Source: Malacoraja senta
Lineage: Eukaryota
Assembly: GCA_038087875.1 (NCBI GenBank)
Contig: CM075995.1
Location: 5,520,001-5,584,000, forward strand
DNA: 64,000 nucleotides
Direction of reading: 5' to 3'
Shown: positions 63,485 through 64,000 of the stretch, one piece after another
Layout: every line of letters begins with the position of its first letter
Position numbering within the stretch: position 1 is the stretch's first letter
The notes under the pieces: generated by a model
The model's database searches: none
Told to the model about the DNA's origin: nothing
Seen by the model: the letters and a program-made list of their open reading frames with translations, nothing else
Program-made: the position numbers and the translations under genes

Positions 63485-63730
63485 TTTAGGAAGGCGATGA
63501 GAAGGAATTTATTTAGTCAGAAATTGGTGAATCTGTGGAATTTTTTGCCACAGAAGGCTGTGGAGGCCAAGTCAGCGGATATATTTAAGACCGAGATAGT
63601 GCAGGTGTCAGAGGTTATGGGGAGAAGGTAGGAGAATGGGGTTAGGAGGGAGAGATAGATTGAATGACGGAGTAGATTTGATGGGTCGAATGGCCTTATT
63701 CTGCTCCTATCACTTATGATCATTATCTTA
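63485..63730 (+). mobile_element. CR1 3' fragment
   Basis: LVNLWNFLPQKAVEA and CR1 3' UTR. Confidence 0.75.
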
Positions 63731-64000
63731 TGAATTATAATCAAAGTAGAGAACGATAAATATTTTTTTTGATACTATAGGAATAAAAAGGGTATGTGAA
63801 GTAAATTCCCCCTTTCCACCTCTATTCCTTTCTCTGGCTTCATATTTCACTCCTCTCCTTATCTTACACCCTTTTGTCTCCTTTTCATCTCAAGCTTTCA
63901 TCAACCCATTCGCTAATCTATCCCCCCTCACTTGTATCCACCTATTAGGTATGTTACAAAACTTACCTTCAGTCGCGCTGTAATTCTGCCACTGGCCGTG

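Noticed and set aside
63961..64000. Minus-strand exon end (gaag|gtaagt)
   Set aside because: Only ~34 nt visible at the window edge and may be the start of a repeat; cannot be supported.

Overview
Eukaryotic, repeat-rich vertebrate DNA; the repeat content (HE1/V-SINE-like tRNA SINEs, CR1 LINEs, Penelope-like elements) points to a cartilaginous fish, probably a skate or ray. A 200-N assembly gap (30386-30585) splits the window. Left of it are 5-7 internal coding exons of an unidentified plus-strand gene, whose introns hold CR1 and L2 fragments, a truncated Tc1, a Tigger-like MITE and non-autonomous Helitrons. Right of it is mostly decayed mobile DNA, plus one repeat-free CpG-enriched block (~41.4-42.6 kb) resembling a minus-strand TATA promoter with small 5' exons. 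Highlights: (1) many short fold-back elements derived from Penelope-like pseudo-LTRs that carry a minimal hammerhead-ribozyme core, several with 11-15 bp target-site duplications and inversion centres inside the ribozyme motif; (2) three loci where one Helitron is inserted at the 5' terminus of another; (3) a ~4.45 kb Helitron carrying a 3 kb 44-bp satellite with higher-order structure and a related 48-bp minisatellite, which explains the spurious 700-1000 aa ORFs. No intact autonomous transposon, rRNA, tRNA gene or CRISPR array is evident. All calls are by eye; no database searches were run.
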